NCBI GenBank assembly: GCA_018651725.1
Contig: JABIDK010000001.1
Span: forward strand, 748-64,747
Source: Candidatus Falkowbacteria bacterium
Lineage (GTDB): Bacteria > Patescibacteriota > Patescibacteriia > JAACEG01
DNA length: 64,000 nucleotides
Direction of reading: 5' to 3'
Shown here: in pieces, positions 10,601 to 19,745 of the stretch
Layout: each line of letters starts with the position of its first letter
Position numbering within the stretch: position 1 is the first letter of the stretch
Position numbers and translations under genes: made by a program
Notes under the pieces: generated by a model
What the model was told of the DNA's origin: nothing
Database searches by the model: none
What the model saw: the letters and a program-made list of their open reading frames with translations, nothing else

Positions 10601-11573
10601 CAGAGGTGGCAAATCGTCCACCATCAAGAGCTACCATTGGACGCAAGTCAGGCGGAATTACAGGAATAACAGTCATAACTGTCCATTCAGGTCGTACTTC
10701 GTTGTGTTTTAAATTTCTCAAAAGCTTTAATCTTTTTACAGCTTTTTCTTTTTTAATTCCTTTGTAGTTTTTTATTTCTTTGGAGACTATTTCTATTTCT
10801 TTTTCCGGGTCTATTTTTTCAAGTAATTTTCTGATTGCTTCTGCTCCAATTCCTGCTTCAAAAATATGTCCATACTTTAAAGATAAATCTTGATATTCTG
10901 CCTCAGATATAATTTTCAACTCTTTTAAATCTTTTAAGTCTTTTTCTGAAGCGCTAAAGTTTTCCTCTAACTCGCTCATTTCTTCTTCTTTTTCTTTAGC
11001 TAAAGCAACAAGTTCTTTTTCCACTTTTTTATTATCAGATTCTTTGACTTCTTTGCTTCTTGCTTGGTATTCCTTATTAATCTTTTTCTTTTTATTTTTA
11101 AATTCTTCTTTTAATTCTTCAAGTATGCCTATTTTTAGATCGTGTTGAACACTAATAATAATAAAATTTGCAAAATAAATAACTTTTTCCAAGGACTGAG
11201 GAGCTACCCCAAGTAATGTTCCTATTCTGGAAGGTACACTTCTGAGAAACCAAATATGTGTAACCGGAGAGGCTAAATCAATATGCCCCATTCGTTCTCG
11301 ACGAACAATGGTTCTGGTTACCTCTACTCCACACTTATCACAAACTATGCCTTTATAGCGAATTTTTTTATACTTTCCGCAATAACACTCCCAATCTTTA
11401 GAGGGGCCGAAAATCTTTTCGCAAAAAAGACCATCTTTTTCCGGTTTTTGAGTACGATAGTTAATTGTTTCCGGTCGTAAAATCTCTCCATGAGACCACC
11501 CTTTTATTACCTCCGGAGAAGCAAGCCGTAGTCTAATAGCGTCAAAATCCATTGACCTAATTAAGTTTTGCAT
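7680..11573 (-). CDS. rpoC: DNA-directed RNA polymerase subunit beta'
   Basis: NADFDGDQMAVHVP catalytic motif, zinc-finger CYCGKYKKIRYKGIVCDKCGVEV, 1297 aa. Confidence 0.97.
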   Translation of the reverse strand: MQNLIRSMDFDAIRLRLASPEVIKGWSHGEILRPETINYRTQKPEKDGLFCEKIFGPSKDWECYCGKYKKIRYKGIVCDKCGVEVTRTIVRRERMGHIDLASPVTHIWFLRSVPSRIGTLLGVAPQSLEKVIYFANFIIISVQHDLKIGILEELKEEFKNKKKKINKEYQARSKEVKESDNKKVEKELVALAKEKEEEMSELEENFSASEKDLKDLKELKIISEAEYQDLSLKYGHIFEAGIGAEAIRKLLEKIDPEKEIEIVSKEIKNYKGIKKEKAVKRLKLLRNLKHNEVRPEWTVMTVIPVIPPDLRPMVALDGGRFATSDLNDLYRRVINRNNRLKQLKKLNAPEVISRNEKRMLQEAVDALIDNNARHGKTVVSSTGQKRMLKSISDILKGKQGRFRQNLLGKRVDYSGRSVIVIGPHLKINECGLPKKMALELFKPFVISKLIRDEVIHNVRSAIRFINEGRVEVWDILEEVIADAYVLLNRAPTLHRLGIQAFKPILIEGKAIQIHPMVCSAFNADFDGDQMAVHVPLTKEAQKEAKELMQSSKNLLKPATGDPVVSPSQDIVWGCYYLTSSSQEKVDDKKIKVFANENQAILAYDLKNIKLKNFIKVRIGKKIVTTTIGRVLFNKILPRDMEYLNEKMDAGSLKGLVKSILSNYGLERAGQFVDDLKRTGFKYLTISGLSWGMGDLPFIDERQGILEVTEKQVQEIKQQYDAGLLTDAERHSKIIETWTFAKEKIVALAKESLDTKGSVFSIIDSKAKGHWGQLTQVIGMKGLVSSPSGDIIELPAKGNFKEGFDVLEFFISTHGSRKGLSDTALRTANAGYLTRRLVDVVQDMFVQEEDCKTREGIQLTKENSERLSSNLADRVLGRVSFEEVKDPKTKEIVLKKGQIITEAERDKLKELDLENLKIRSVLTCKSQKGVCQKCYGWDLGYNKLVKKGATVGVVAAQSIGEPGTQLTMRTFHTGGVAGDDITQGLPRVEELFEARNPKRRAVLAEEDGVVKIAQLERTIKDATGKIVLENVPGQKVLKLEYIGEDEDKYDFRTATKKKIDDSKKEGELEIKVKEGDKVEKGDLLFIRSNGTKVKAKEFGEARVLSTKVAVFRTVNKIKEFSVAKGFDIWVKNGEKVQKGQQLTEGSLNLQQLHTLAGRTKTQRYIINEIQYLYSSQGQPLNDKHVEVIARQMFSKVNITSDGDTNFLPGTVIDRRDFEDENKKMEKAGKTKAKGEELLLGITKNSLSTKSFLSAASFQETSKILIEASLSGKIDPLDGLKENVIIGRLIPAGTGFKKK

Positions 11574-11606
11574 AAAATTAGTATATTATTTTATTTTTTA
11601 ACTAAA

Positions 11607-14600
11607 TTATTTATTTTCCTTATCTTTGGAAGAACCTTTAATATCTCTTCCTTCTTTTAAAAGCTCAACATCAAGCCCAAGTCCTTTGAACTCTCTGACT
11701 AAAACATTAAAAGACTCAGGGATATTTACTTTTTGTATTTCTTCACCTTTAATTATTGACTCGTAAGCTTTGCTTCTACCGGGAACATCGTCTGACTTAA
11801 TGGTAAGCATCTCCTGTAAGATATGAGCAGCGCCATAGCCTTCAAGCGCCCAAACTTCCATTTCACCAAATCTTTGTCCACCAAACTGAGCTTTACCACC
11901 AAGAGGTTGTTGAGTAATAAGCGAGTAAGGACCAATTGAACGTTGGTGAATTTTATCCTCAACCATATGGTTAAGCTTTAACATATATTTATAGCCAACA
12001 ACTGTTTTGTCATCAAATCTATCGCCTGTTCGGCCGTCATATAAAGTTAATTTTCCATCTTCCGGGTAACCGTATTTTTTAAGTTCAGCTCTAATAATAT
12101 GTTCCGGGATACCATCAAGCGGAGGAGTAGCTACTTTATAATCACCTGCCTGAGCCGCCAAACCTAAATGAGTTTCAAGTAATTGACCCAAGTTCATACG
12201 AGAGATTACTCCCAAAGGCGATAGAATAACATCGATTGGAGTACCGTCTTCAAGGCAAGGCATATCTGCAACCGGTACAATTTTGGAAACAACTCCTTTG
12301 TTACCATGACGACCGGACATTTTATCTCCCACCTGAATTTTTCTTAGGTTTGCCACTGAAATTTGGATTGTTTTAATAACACCGGGCTGTAATTTATCTC
12401 CGTCTGCGCGAGAGAAAATTTGAATAGCAACAATTTTACCGTGTTCACCGTGTTCTAAAACAAGCGAAGTGTCCCGAACGTCTTTGGCTTTTTCTCCAAA
12501 AATTGCTCTAAGCAGTTTTTCTTCGCTGGATAGCTCGGTTTCTCCTTTTGGTGTAATTTTACCAACTAAAATATCTCCGGACTTAACTTCAGCCCCGATT
12601 CTTACAACTCCTTCATCGTCTAGGTTTTTTAATTTTTCTTCACCAATATTTGGAATGTCTCTGGTAACAATTTCAGGACCAAGTTTTGTGTCGCGAACAT
12701 CGATTGAATAGTTATTAATATGAATTGAGCTGTAGAAATCATCTTTTACCAATCTCTCTGAAATAATAATCGCGTCTTCATAGTTATAGCCTTCCCAAGA
12801 CATAAACGCTACCAAAATATTTCTACCAAGAGCAAGTTCTTTACCTTCAATTGACTGACCGTCTGATAGTGCTTGACCTTTTTTAACGTTTTCTTCAATC
12901 TCAACTATTGGATGCTGATTAATACAAGTGGATTGGTTTGATCGTACAAATTTTGATAGATCGTAAACATCCAAATCTCCTTTGCTGTTTAGTATCTCAA
13001 TTTTATCGGCAGAAACCGCTGACACTTTTCCGCTTTCTTTTGTTCTGACAACATGACCGGAGTCAAGAGCGGCTTTTTCTTCCACACCTGTTCCAACAAA
13101 AGGAGCTTGTGGGCTTACTAACGGAACAGCTTGGCGTTGCATGTTAGTTCCCATTAAAGCTCTAACCGCATCGTCGTGCTCTAAAAAAGGGATTAAAGAT
13201 GTTGCAATAGAAACAATCTGTTTTGGGGAAACATCCATAAAATCAACCTTGGAAACATCGTCAATATCCGGTACCCCGTATTTTCTAACCTCTACTTTGT
13301 CTTCTAAAAAATAACCATCTTTGTCAATTTCAGAGGTCGCGGTTGTAATAATCATTTTTTCTTCTTCAAATGCGTCTAGGAAAAGTATTTCATCTGTTAC
13401 TATTGGTTTTATGGCAATTGTTTTTAAATCTTTTATTTTGCTTAATTCTTTTGCTTTAGCTGAAGTAATTTTTTCATTCTTTTTTAAAACAACTTTAGCT
13501 CCTGATTTTATATCTTCTCTAGCGATTTTATCAACGGTTATCTTCGGATCATTTTTTATATCGTGTAAAACTTTTCTATAAGGAGTCTCTAAAAATCCAT
13601 ATTCATTAATATGAGCATAACTTGCCAAATGACCAACCAATCCAATGTTCGGTCCCTCCGGAGTGGCGATTGGACAAATTTTCCCATAGTGAGTTCTATG
13701 TACGTCACGAACTTCAAAACCGGCTCTTTCTCTGGTTAATCCGCCCGGCCCCATGGCAGACAGTCTTCTTTTATGTTCAAGCTCTGCTAAAGGATTTGTT
13801 TGATCCATAAACTGACAAAGCTGAGAAGACATAAAAAACTCTTTAACAGCAGAGATGAGCGGTCTGGAGTTAATTAAACGAGCCGGAGTCATATTTGTTT
13901 CATCAAGCGTACTCATTCGGTCTCTGATAATTCTTTCCATTCTAACAACTCCGATTCTAAATCTGTTTTGAACCAACTCACCGATAGTCCTGATTCTTCT
14001 GTTTCCAAGATGATCGATGTCGTCGGCTTCTTTTTGAGATATGTTTAAACTGATAATTTCTTCTACAATGTCAACTAAATTTTGGGGATCAAAAATTCTG
14101 TTTTCTTTAGTAATCGGTAGATCTTTATTAAAGCGTCTGTTTAATTTGTATCGTCCTACTTTTCCAAAATCATATCTATCAAAATTAAAAAACATGGCGT
14201 TAATTAACGATCTGACATTATCGATACCCGCTAAATCCCCCGGCCTGATTCTTTTATAGACCTCCATTAGACCTTCATCCTCACTTGTGGTAATATCTTT
14301 TTTCAAAGTGGCTTCAATATAATTAAAGTCCGGATGAGTTTCTACTTTTTGAAAAAGCTCTTTTATTTCTTCGTCGGTGCTATATCCAAAAGCTCGCAGT
14401 AAGGAGGTAACAGCGATTTTTCTTTTCCGGTCAATTTTAACCCAAATAACATTGTTAATATCTGTTTCAATCTCAAGCCAGGCTCCTCTGTTTGGAATAA
14501 TTTTTGCTCCGTAATAGTTTTTTCCTTTTACATTTTCTGAAGAGAAGAATACTCCTGCACTTCTAATAAGTTGAGAAACAATTGCTCTCTCAATACCATT

Positions 14601-15029
14601 TATAATAAAAGTCCCTGTTTCAGTCATTAATGGAATATCTCCCAGATAGATTTCCTGTTGGCTAAGTTTTTTGCCGTCTTTTTTAAGTTCAATGTCAACT
14701 CTCATCGGAGATTCGAAGGTAACATTTTTTTTGCGACTAGTGAGTTCGTCGAACTTTGGTTCATCAAAGTAATACTTTAAAAAAGAAAGCTCCAGTTTTT
14801 GTCCCCCGAAATCTTTAATCGGTGAAATTTCTTCAAAAATTTCTTTTATCCCCTGATCCAAAAACCATTTATATGATTCTTGTTGAACCTCTACCAGATC
14901 CGGCAAAGGAATAGCGTCTTTTTTGTTTTTTAGAGTTGATTCATACTTTCTTTTTTTACCTGGAAGATTTGTTTTTTCATCTTCTTGGTAAGCAAAAAAA
15001 ATACGATCCTTAATTTTTTGTTTAGCCAT
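11607..15029 (-). CDS. rpoB: DNA-directed RNA polymerase subunit beta
   Basis: Conserved RpoB blocks (GPGGLTRERAGFEVRDVHRTHYGKICPIATPEGPNIGLV, NMQRQAVPL, FGEMEVWALEGYGAA). The 1140-aa gene lies directly upstream of rpoC. Confidence 0.97.
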   Translation of the reverse strand: MAKQKIKDRIFFAYQEDEKTNLPGKKRKYESTLKNKKDAIPLPDLVEVQQESYKWFLDQGIKEIFEEISPIKDFGGQKLELSFLKYYFDEPKFDELTSRKKNVTFESPMRVDIELKKDGKKLSQQEIYLGDIPLMTETGTFIINGIERAIVSQLIRSAGVFFSSENVKGKNYYGAKIIPNRGAWLEIETDINNVIWVKIDRKRKIAVTSLLRAFGYSTDEEIKELFQKVETHPDFNYIEATLKKDITTSEDEGLMEVYKRIRPGDLAGIDNVRSLINAMFFNFDRYDFGKVGRYKLNRRFNKDLPITKENRIFDPQNLVDIVEEIISLNISQKEADDIDHLGNRRIRTIGELVQNRFRIGVVRMERIIRDRMSTLDETNMTPARLINSRPLISAVKEFFMSSQLCQFMDQTNPLAELEHKRRLSAMGPGGLTRERAGFEVRDVHRTHYGKICPIATPEGPNIGLVGHLASYAHINEYGFLETPYRKVLHDIKNDPKITVDKIAREDIKSGAKVVLKKNEKITSAKAKELSKIKDLKTIAIKPIVTDEILFLDAFEEEKMIITTATSEIDKDGYFLEDKVEVRKYGVPDIDDVSKVDFMDVSPKQIVSIATSLIPFLEHDDAVRALMGTNMQRQAVPLVSPQAPFVGTGVEEKAALDSGHVVRTKESGKVSAVSADKIEILNSKGDLDVYDLSKFVRSNQSTCINQHPIVEIEENVKKGQALSDGQSIEGKELALGRNILVAFMSWEGYNYEDAIIISERLVKDDFYSSIHINNYSIDVRDTKLGPEIVTRDIPNIGEEKLKNLDDEGVVRIGAEVKSGDILVGKITPKGETELSSEEKLLRAIFGEKAKDVRDTSLVLEHGEHGKIVAIQIFSRADGDKLQPGVIKTIQISVANLRKIQVGDKMSGRHGNKGVVSKIVPVADMPCLEDGTPIDVILSPLGVISRMNLGQLLETHLGLAAQAGDYKVATPPLDGIPEHIIRAELKKYGYPEDGKLTLYDGRTGDRFDDKTVVGYKYMLKLNHMVEDKIHQRSIGPYSLITQQPLGGKAQFGGQRFGEMEVWALEGYGAAHILQEMLTIKSDDVPGRSKAYESIIKGEEIQKVNIPESFNVLVREFKGLGLDVELLKEGRDIKGSSKDKENK

Positions 15030-15247
15030 AAAATTTATAAATTATATTTTAAAAAACACAAAAATGACTCATCTTTCCAAACAGAAAGACGAGTTTTTGA
15101 ATAAAAACAGTAAATTTAAGTTATTTTTTTCATTACGCTTTTTTTTACCTCCTTGTAATTAAGCGCCCTGCTGTCTCTTGTGACTTGTACAACAGGTATC
15201 AAAAAGTTAATTTTATTAAACCACACAATAAAAACCCTGTCAAATTC

Positions 15248-15550
15248 TTAACCTCTTAAAATTCCATTTTCCATATTATATACTTCTTTAAAGTTTAGTT
15301 TTTCCATCATTTCCAACATTATTTTGCTTCGACTCCCTGTTCTGCAGTAAATTAAGTATGTTTTGTCTTTGTTTAGATTTTCCAGTTCAGAAGAAAAATT
15401 TGGTGAATAAAAATCAAGATTAATAGAATTGTTTATATTTCCGGCGTGAAACTCCATTGGTGTCCGACAGTCAATAATCACAAAATTTTGGTTATCTTTA
15501 TTGCTTTCTATTATTTTCTCACTCTCTTCATAGCTGATATTTTTTGTCAT
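15248..15550 (-). CDS. Rhodanese-domain protein (single domain)
   Basis: Active-site loop YCRTGSRS, 100 aa. Confidence 0.75.
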   Translation of the reverse strand: MTKNISYEESEKIIESNKDNQNFVIIDCRTPMEFHAGNINNSINLDFYSPNFSSELENLNKDKTYLIYCRTGSRSKIMLEMMEKLNFKEVYNMENGILRG

Positions 15551-16551
15551 AAAACAATATTTTGTGGTTTGTTTGCTGAAAATTTATTAATATTGCTCGC
15601 GGTTGTTTCTAAAATTCTTTCTAATGCCTCTTGGCTGTAAAAGCCAATATGCGGAGTAAAAACAACATTTTCTTTGTTTAGTAAAATATGATCTCGAGCT
15701 AAATCAGCTAAAATATCGGACTTTTTTGCGTCGTATAATAACTGTTTTTCTTCTTTAATCAGTTCCTCCCCCTCTAAAACATCCAGCCCTGCGCCTGCTA
15801 AAATCTTTTTATCAAGCGCTTCAATTAGCGCTTCGGTCTCTATAACATCTCCTCTGGCGGTGTTAATTAGAACAGCTCCTTTTTTAATCAAATTAATATT
15901 ATTTTTGTTTATAAGGTGATAGGTGTGTTTATTGGATGGCAAATGAAGTGAAATTATATCAGATTTATTTAAAAGTTTTTCTAAAGAAGCATATTTAAAC
16001 CCTAAAACTTCAGATACTAGTCGATTTTGATTAACATCATAAACAATAACGTTCATTCCAAATCCTTTAGCGATTCTAATTACATGAAGCCCAATACTAC
16101 CGGCGCCAACCACGCCTAAAGTTTTTCCTTGCAAGTCAAAACCCTTAAGTCCGTCGATAGAATAGTCATGTTGAACAGTTTTAACATAGGCTTTATGAAT
16201 ATTTCGCGATAAAGCCAAGATTAAACCAAAAGTATGCTCAGCCACAGTGTTCTCGCCATAATAAGGAACATTGGACACAGCGATTTTTTTCTTTTTGCTT
16301 GTCTTGAGGTCAATATGATCAAATCCGGTTGAACGTGTAGCAATAAATTTTAATTTTGGCAATTTAGAGATAATTTTTTTATCAACCTCAGAATAAATAA
16401 AAACAGAAACAACCTCAAAGTTTTTAATTTTATCAACATTTTCCAAACTTAACTCTTCCTTGAAAAACTCAAGTTGATGTCCCTTTAATTTCTTCCTTAA
16501 AAAGGGCTTTTCCCACCCTTTAATTTCAAAAAATGCAATTTTCATATACAC
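15547..16551 (-). CDS. D-isomer-specific 2-hydroxyacid dehydrogenase (D-lactate or phosphoglycerate dehydrogenase-like)
   Basis: NAD-binding GVVGAGSIGLHVIRIAKGFGMNVIVYD and a catalytic His region. Overlaps the rhodanese gene by 4 nt. Confidence 0.8.
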   Translation of the reverse strand: MYMKIAFFEIKGWEKPFLRKKLKGHQLEFFKEELSLENVDKIKNFEVVSVFIYSEVDKKIISKLPKLKFIATRSTGFDHIDLKTSKKKKIAVSNVPYYGENTVAEHTFGLILALSRNIHKAYVKTVQHDYSIDGLKGFDLQGKTLGVVGAGSIGLHVIRIAKGFGMNVIVYDVNQNRLVSEVLGFKYASLEKLLNKSDIISLHLPSNKHTYHLINKNNINLIKKGAVLINTARGDVIETEALIEALDKKILAGAGLDVLEGEELIKEEKQLLYDAKKSDILADLARDHILLNKENVVFTPHIGFYSQEALERILETTASNINKFSANKPQNIVL

Positions 16552-16561
16552 ATACCCACTG

Positions 16562-16678
16562 TCATCCTGAGCGAGCGGAGCGAGTCGAAGGATCTAGAAG
16601 ATTTACTTACTAATTTAAGTTAAACCGTAAGCCAAATAGATTCTTCGACTCCACTTCGTTTCGCTCAGAATGACAAAA
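16562..16678. repeat. Long imperfect inverted repeat (arms about 33 nt, spacer about 45 nt), GC-rich in an AT-rich intergenic region
   Basis: The arm gtcatcctgagcgagcggagcgagtcgaagga pairs with cttcgactccacttcgtttcgctcagaatgac. Confidence 0.5.
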
Positions 16679-16689
16679 AGATTATTTTT

Positions 16690-17133
16690 TTAACTCTTTA
16701 AATTTTTTGTTAAACACTTCATATAATAAAGCCCAATAAGTTGAAATAAAATAGAGAAACCAACAATCCAAACGCTGGCTTCATGAAAAAAATCATGAAC
16801 AATTTTAGGAAAAATTACAGACAAAAATCCAACACTAAGACTGGCGCCGCAAACAGGCGCGCCAATCCCGCAAACCTGAAGAGCCGAAAAACCAAGCACA
16901 GTCGCAAGAAAACTTAAAAATGAGCCTTTATAAGTTCGCGCTGAGACAACTTTTTCTTTTATGCTTCTAACTAAACACGTCAAAGTAAGCGCAAAGGTAG
17001 TCATAAAAGTAATTGCCAATACATAATAAACCCCATTAAAAACAGTATCCGGAATCAAAAAATAACTACCAATAAAGGTAATCAAAAAAACGCTTTTACA
17101 GTAATTACTTTGAAAAACTTTTTTAAAATTCAT
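16690..17133 (-). CDS. Hypothetical integral membrane protein (about 4 TM)
   Basis: Hydrophobic segments throughout. Confidence 0.5.
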   Translation of the reverse strand: MNFKKVFQSNYCKSVFLITFIGSYFLIPDTVFNGVYYVLAITFMTTFALTLTCLVRSIKEKVVSARTYKGSFLSFLATVLGFSALQVCGIGAPVCGASLSVGFLSVIFPKIVHDFFHEASVWIVGFSILFQLIGLYYMKCLTKNLKS

Positions 17134-17201
17134 AAGAAAATACTAAGTTTAAAAAAATTTTATTTAATATCAAATCAAAATCTTTTATTATGATAAGTTT
17201 T

Positions 17202-18908
17202 CTAATTGTCTGTTTTGTCTTGATTGATGAAAAGAACCGTTTTCATCATTTCTTCAAATAACCTATTTTCTGGCCCTTTAACAGCCTCAAACATATAACA
17301 ACCCAAATCATTTTTATGTAGATAAACACTAGGCTCCAGCATTCCTGTAAGATTATATTTTTTAAATTCTAAATCGTTTATTTTAACATCCCCTTTGTAT
17401 ATATTTTGCGGTAATAATTTGTCGCAACTATCCCCCTTAAAAATATTAAACCTTTCTCCGGGGTGATCTTGAGAAATTGCGAAATTTTTTTCTCTTTCTT
17501 CTATTTTATATGTTCCGTCATTTGGATATTTTATACTCACTCCAACCTCCTCATTCCGATAAGTTTTCCAACCAGCTGTTTCGTTTTGATCAATAAATTT
17601 AAGAGTTTCTTGCCAGGTTTTATCTTCGCTACCCATTATAGCGTATTGTCCTATATCAAAAAAGACATATCTATCAGAGTAAGTAGAATTTGCCATAAAA
17701 TATCTTATTCCGTTTGTTTCTGAGTACTGTTTCGGACAATTTTTATTGTTGTTCCACCATGGCAAATCAGAATCAACGACTATTGGAAAAGAAATAATTC
17801 CATATTCAAGGCTATTATTTGGCCTGTTTATTTTTTCAAAAAAACATTTTTCGGATGAATAATCTTTCAAAAAATCTTCCTCAATAGATTCTTTTAATGT
17901 TTTATTTTTATCTTTATTAAAAATTTCTACTGACTGATCACCACAAACTATTACTTTATTGTTTTCTTTTTTTATTTCACATTTTTTTTCGTAGCTAAAT
18001 TTTACCCCTAGCTCTTTGTCTTCGTACACAGCCCATTTATCTTCTTTGATAAAATTAATAGTTTTAATAATTTCCCTGGCGATATCTTCGTCTGTTCTAA
18101 AGTCAAAACTATAGTAATAATCATCTATAATCCAAGCAATAGTAGTCGGAGATAACACTCCACAAATAGAGTACTCTATAGACTCGCTTGAAGCTTTCTT
18201 GAATATAATTTTTTTTCTGTCTCCTCTTTTAACACAGCCCGGATTATTATTCTCTGCCTTACTTAAATAGTTTTCTAGTTCATCTAAAGAAAAATATTTA
18301 TTGTCCTTGGTTAAGGTTATACCGCAAAATTCTCCTTCAGCAGAATTTTTTCCAAGATACTCTGGGTTGCATACTGCTATTTCGTTTATGCTTTTTTTTA
18401 ATGTCCAATTTTGCGGATAATTAAATTCTATACCCAATTTTTCGTTACGATAAGTTTTCCAGTCAGATGTATTAATCTCTGATTTTTTCTTTTGCTCTTT
18501 TTTCGGTTCGCACCAAGATAGACTTGATTCGCACCCCATCCCATTGCATTTAAAGTCTAGTTGGCATTTACCATTAATACATTCTTTATAACTATTCTCT
18601 TTCATAAGTTTCAAAGACGACAAACAACAACTTTGCCCCGCGCATTTTTCCTCCAGTAAGTCATAGTAATCTTTTTCAACCTGATCCTTCGACTCTTGCA
18701 CTGTTTGATAATTATTTTTTTCAGATATTTTACTTAAATAAAAATAACCAGCCACAACTAACCCAATAATAATTATCAAAAACAAAATTACCCCAACAAT
18801 TAAATGCCGCTTTTTATTTTTTGTTCTTGATTTTTCTTTTTTTAAAACTTCTTGAACTCTTTGATTAAAATCATCGTAACCCTGTTGATCGTTTTTGTTA
18901 TTAAACAT
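17202..18908 (-). CDS. Hypothetical protein with an N-terminal TM anchor and a Cys-rich extracytoplasmic region
   Basis: 568 aa. TM helix LIVGVILFLIIIIGLVVAGYFYL, then CAGQSCCLSS...CINGKCQLDFKCNGMGC. Confidence 0.55.
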   Translation of the reverse strand: MFNNKNDQQGYDDFNQRVQEVLKKEKSRTKNKKRHLIVGVILFLIIIIGLVVAGYFYLSKISEKNNYQTVQESKDQVEKDYYDLLEEKCAGQSCCLSSLKLMKENSYKECINGKCQLDFKCNGMGCESSLSWCEPKKEQKKKSEINTSDWKTYRNEKLGIEFNYPQNWTLKKSINEIAVCNPEYLGKNSAEGEFCGITLTKDNKYFSLDELENYLSKAENNNPGCVKRGDRKKIIFKKASSESIEYSICGVLSPTTIAWIIDDYYYSFDFRTDEDIAREIIKTINFIKEDKWAVYEDKELGVKFSYEKKCEIKKENNKVIVCGDQSVEIFNKDKNKTLKESIEEDFLKDYSSEKCFFEKINRPNNSLEYGIISFPIVVDSDLPWWNNNKNCPKQYSETNGIRYFMANSTYSDRYVFFDIGQYAIMGSEDKTWQETLKFIDQNETAGWKTYRNEEVGVSIKYPNDGTYKIEEREKNFAISQDHPGERFNIFKGDSCDKLLPQNIYKGDVKINDLEFKKYNLTGMLEPSVYLHKNDLGCYMFEAVKGPENRLFEEMMKTVLFINQDKTDN

Positions 18909-18980
18909 AAGAAAACTTTTTTAAATATTTTATTTTTTTACATAATATCATAAAAAAACCGTTTAAACAACAAAAAATAA

Positions 18981-19020
18981 AAGTTGTAAAAAAATGCGAC
19001 CGCACATTTTTACAACTTTT
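18981..19020. repeat. 40-bp near-palindromic element, copy 1, at the 3' side of the PaaX-like gene
   Basis: aaagttgtaaaaaaatgcgaccgcacatttttacaacttt. It is the exact reverse complement of the element at 19612-19651. Confidence 0.7.
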
Positions 19021-19067
19021 TTAAAGATAGACCGAATACATAAAATGTCTTTAATTGACTTATAAAC

Positions 19068-19595
19068 TTACAAATCAAATCTTTTCTTAAAAAGTAAGTC
19101 ATTGCTTATTTTGTCAACTACCATCAAAACTACAAATTTGGCAATTTCCAGGCGCTTGATAATATTTTGGATTTCTTCAAAATTGTCATATGGGCTTATC
19201 CAGACGCTGTTTTGGCATTTTTCAAACCCAAGGTCTATTAAAATATTTCGCAAATAATTACGCAACTCTTTTTTCTTTTCTGGAATATCAAAAATAACAA
19301 TTCTCCATTTCTTATCCCATTTTTCATTTTCTTTTTTTATTTTACCTTTGGCTATTAATAATTTTTTCAAGCCTTTTAAAGTAAACCCTTTTTTATTAAT
19401 ATATTTAAACCTTTTCAAGTGATAAATTTGAGCATAAATTCTTTTCTGCTCTTTTTTGTCTTCAATTCTTCTCCTTTTTTCGTTATAATAATCATCATAC
19501 CAAGCCCCACTTCTATTGATATTAACCTTAAGGATTCGTTCTAAATTATCAGCTAAATCCGTAATTAGTTCTTCAAGGTCAATTTTAACAGGCAT
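19068..19595 (-). CDS. PaaX-family / Cas2-like-fold putative transcriptional regulator
   Basis: C-terminal WRIVIFDIPEKKKELRNYLRNILIDLGFEKCQNSVWISPYD resembles the PaaX C-terminal (Cas2-like) domain. 175 aa. Confidence 0.5.
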   Translation of the reverse strand: MPVKIDLEELITDLADNLERILKVNINRSGAWYDDYYNEKRRRIEDKKEQKRIYAQIYHLKRFKYINKKGFTLKGLKKLLIAKGKIKKENEKWDKKWRIVIFDIPEKKKELRNYLRNILIDLGFEKCQNSVWISPYDNFEEIQNIIKRLEIAKFVVLMVVDKISNDLLFKKRFDL

Positions 19596-19611
19596 ATTTG
19601 TGGCTTATTAT

Positions 19612-19651
19612 AAAGTTGTAAAAATGTGCGGTCGCATTTTTTTACAACTTT
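19612..19651. repeat. 40-bp near-palindromic element, copy 2, in the divergent promoter region between the PaaX-like gene and tsaC
   Basis: aaagttgtaaaaatgtgcggtcgcatttttttacaacttt, which equals the reverse complement of 18981-19020. Confidence 0.7.
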
Positions 19652-19745
19652 ACGATTATAATTATGATACAATAAACCGAAATAACGGTCTTAAATATGA
19701 ATAAGTTTATTTACATTGTATTTATTATAGTATAGTTTTATAGAT

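Noticed and set aside
7723-15000. Plus-strand ORFs of 60-150 aa inside rpoC and rpoB (e.g. 7723-8046, 8194-8664, 10462-10767, 12469-12711, 13321-13581)
   Set aside because: These are antisense frames within strongly supported RNA polymerase genes. They are Ser/Leu-rich and are artefacts of AT-rich antisense sequence.
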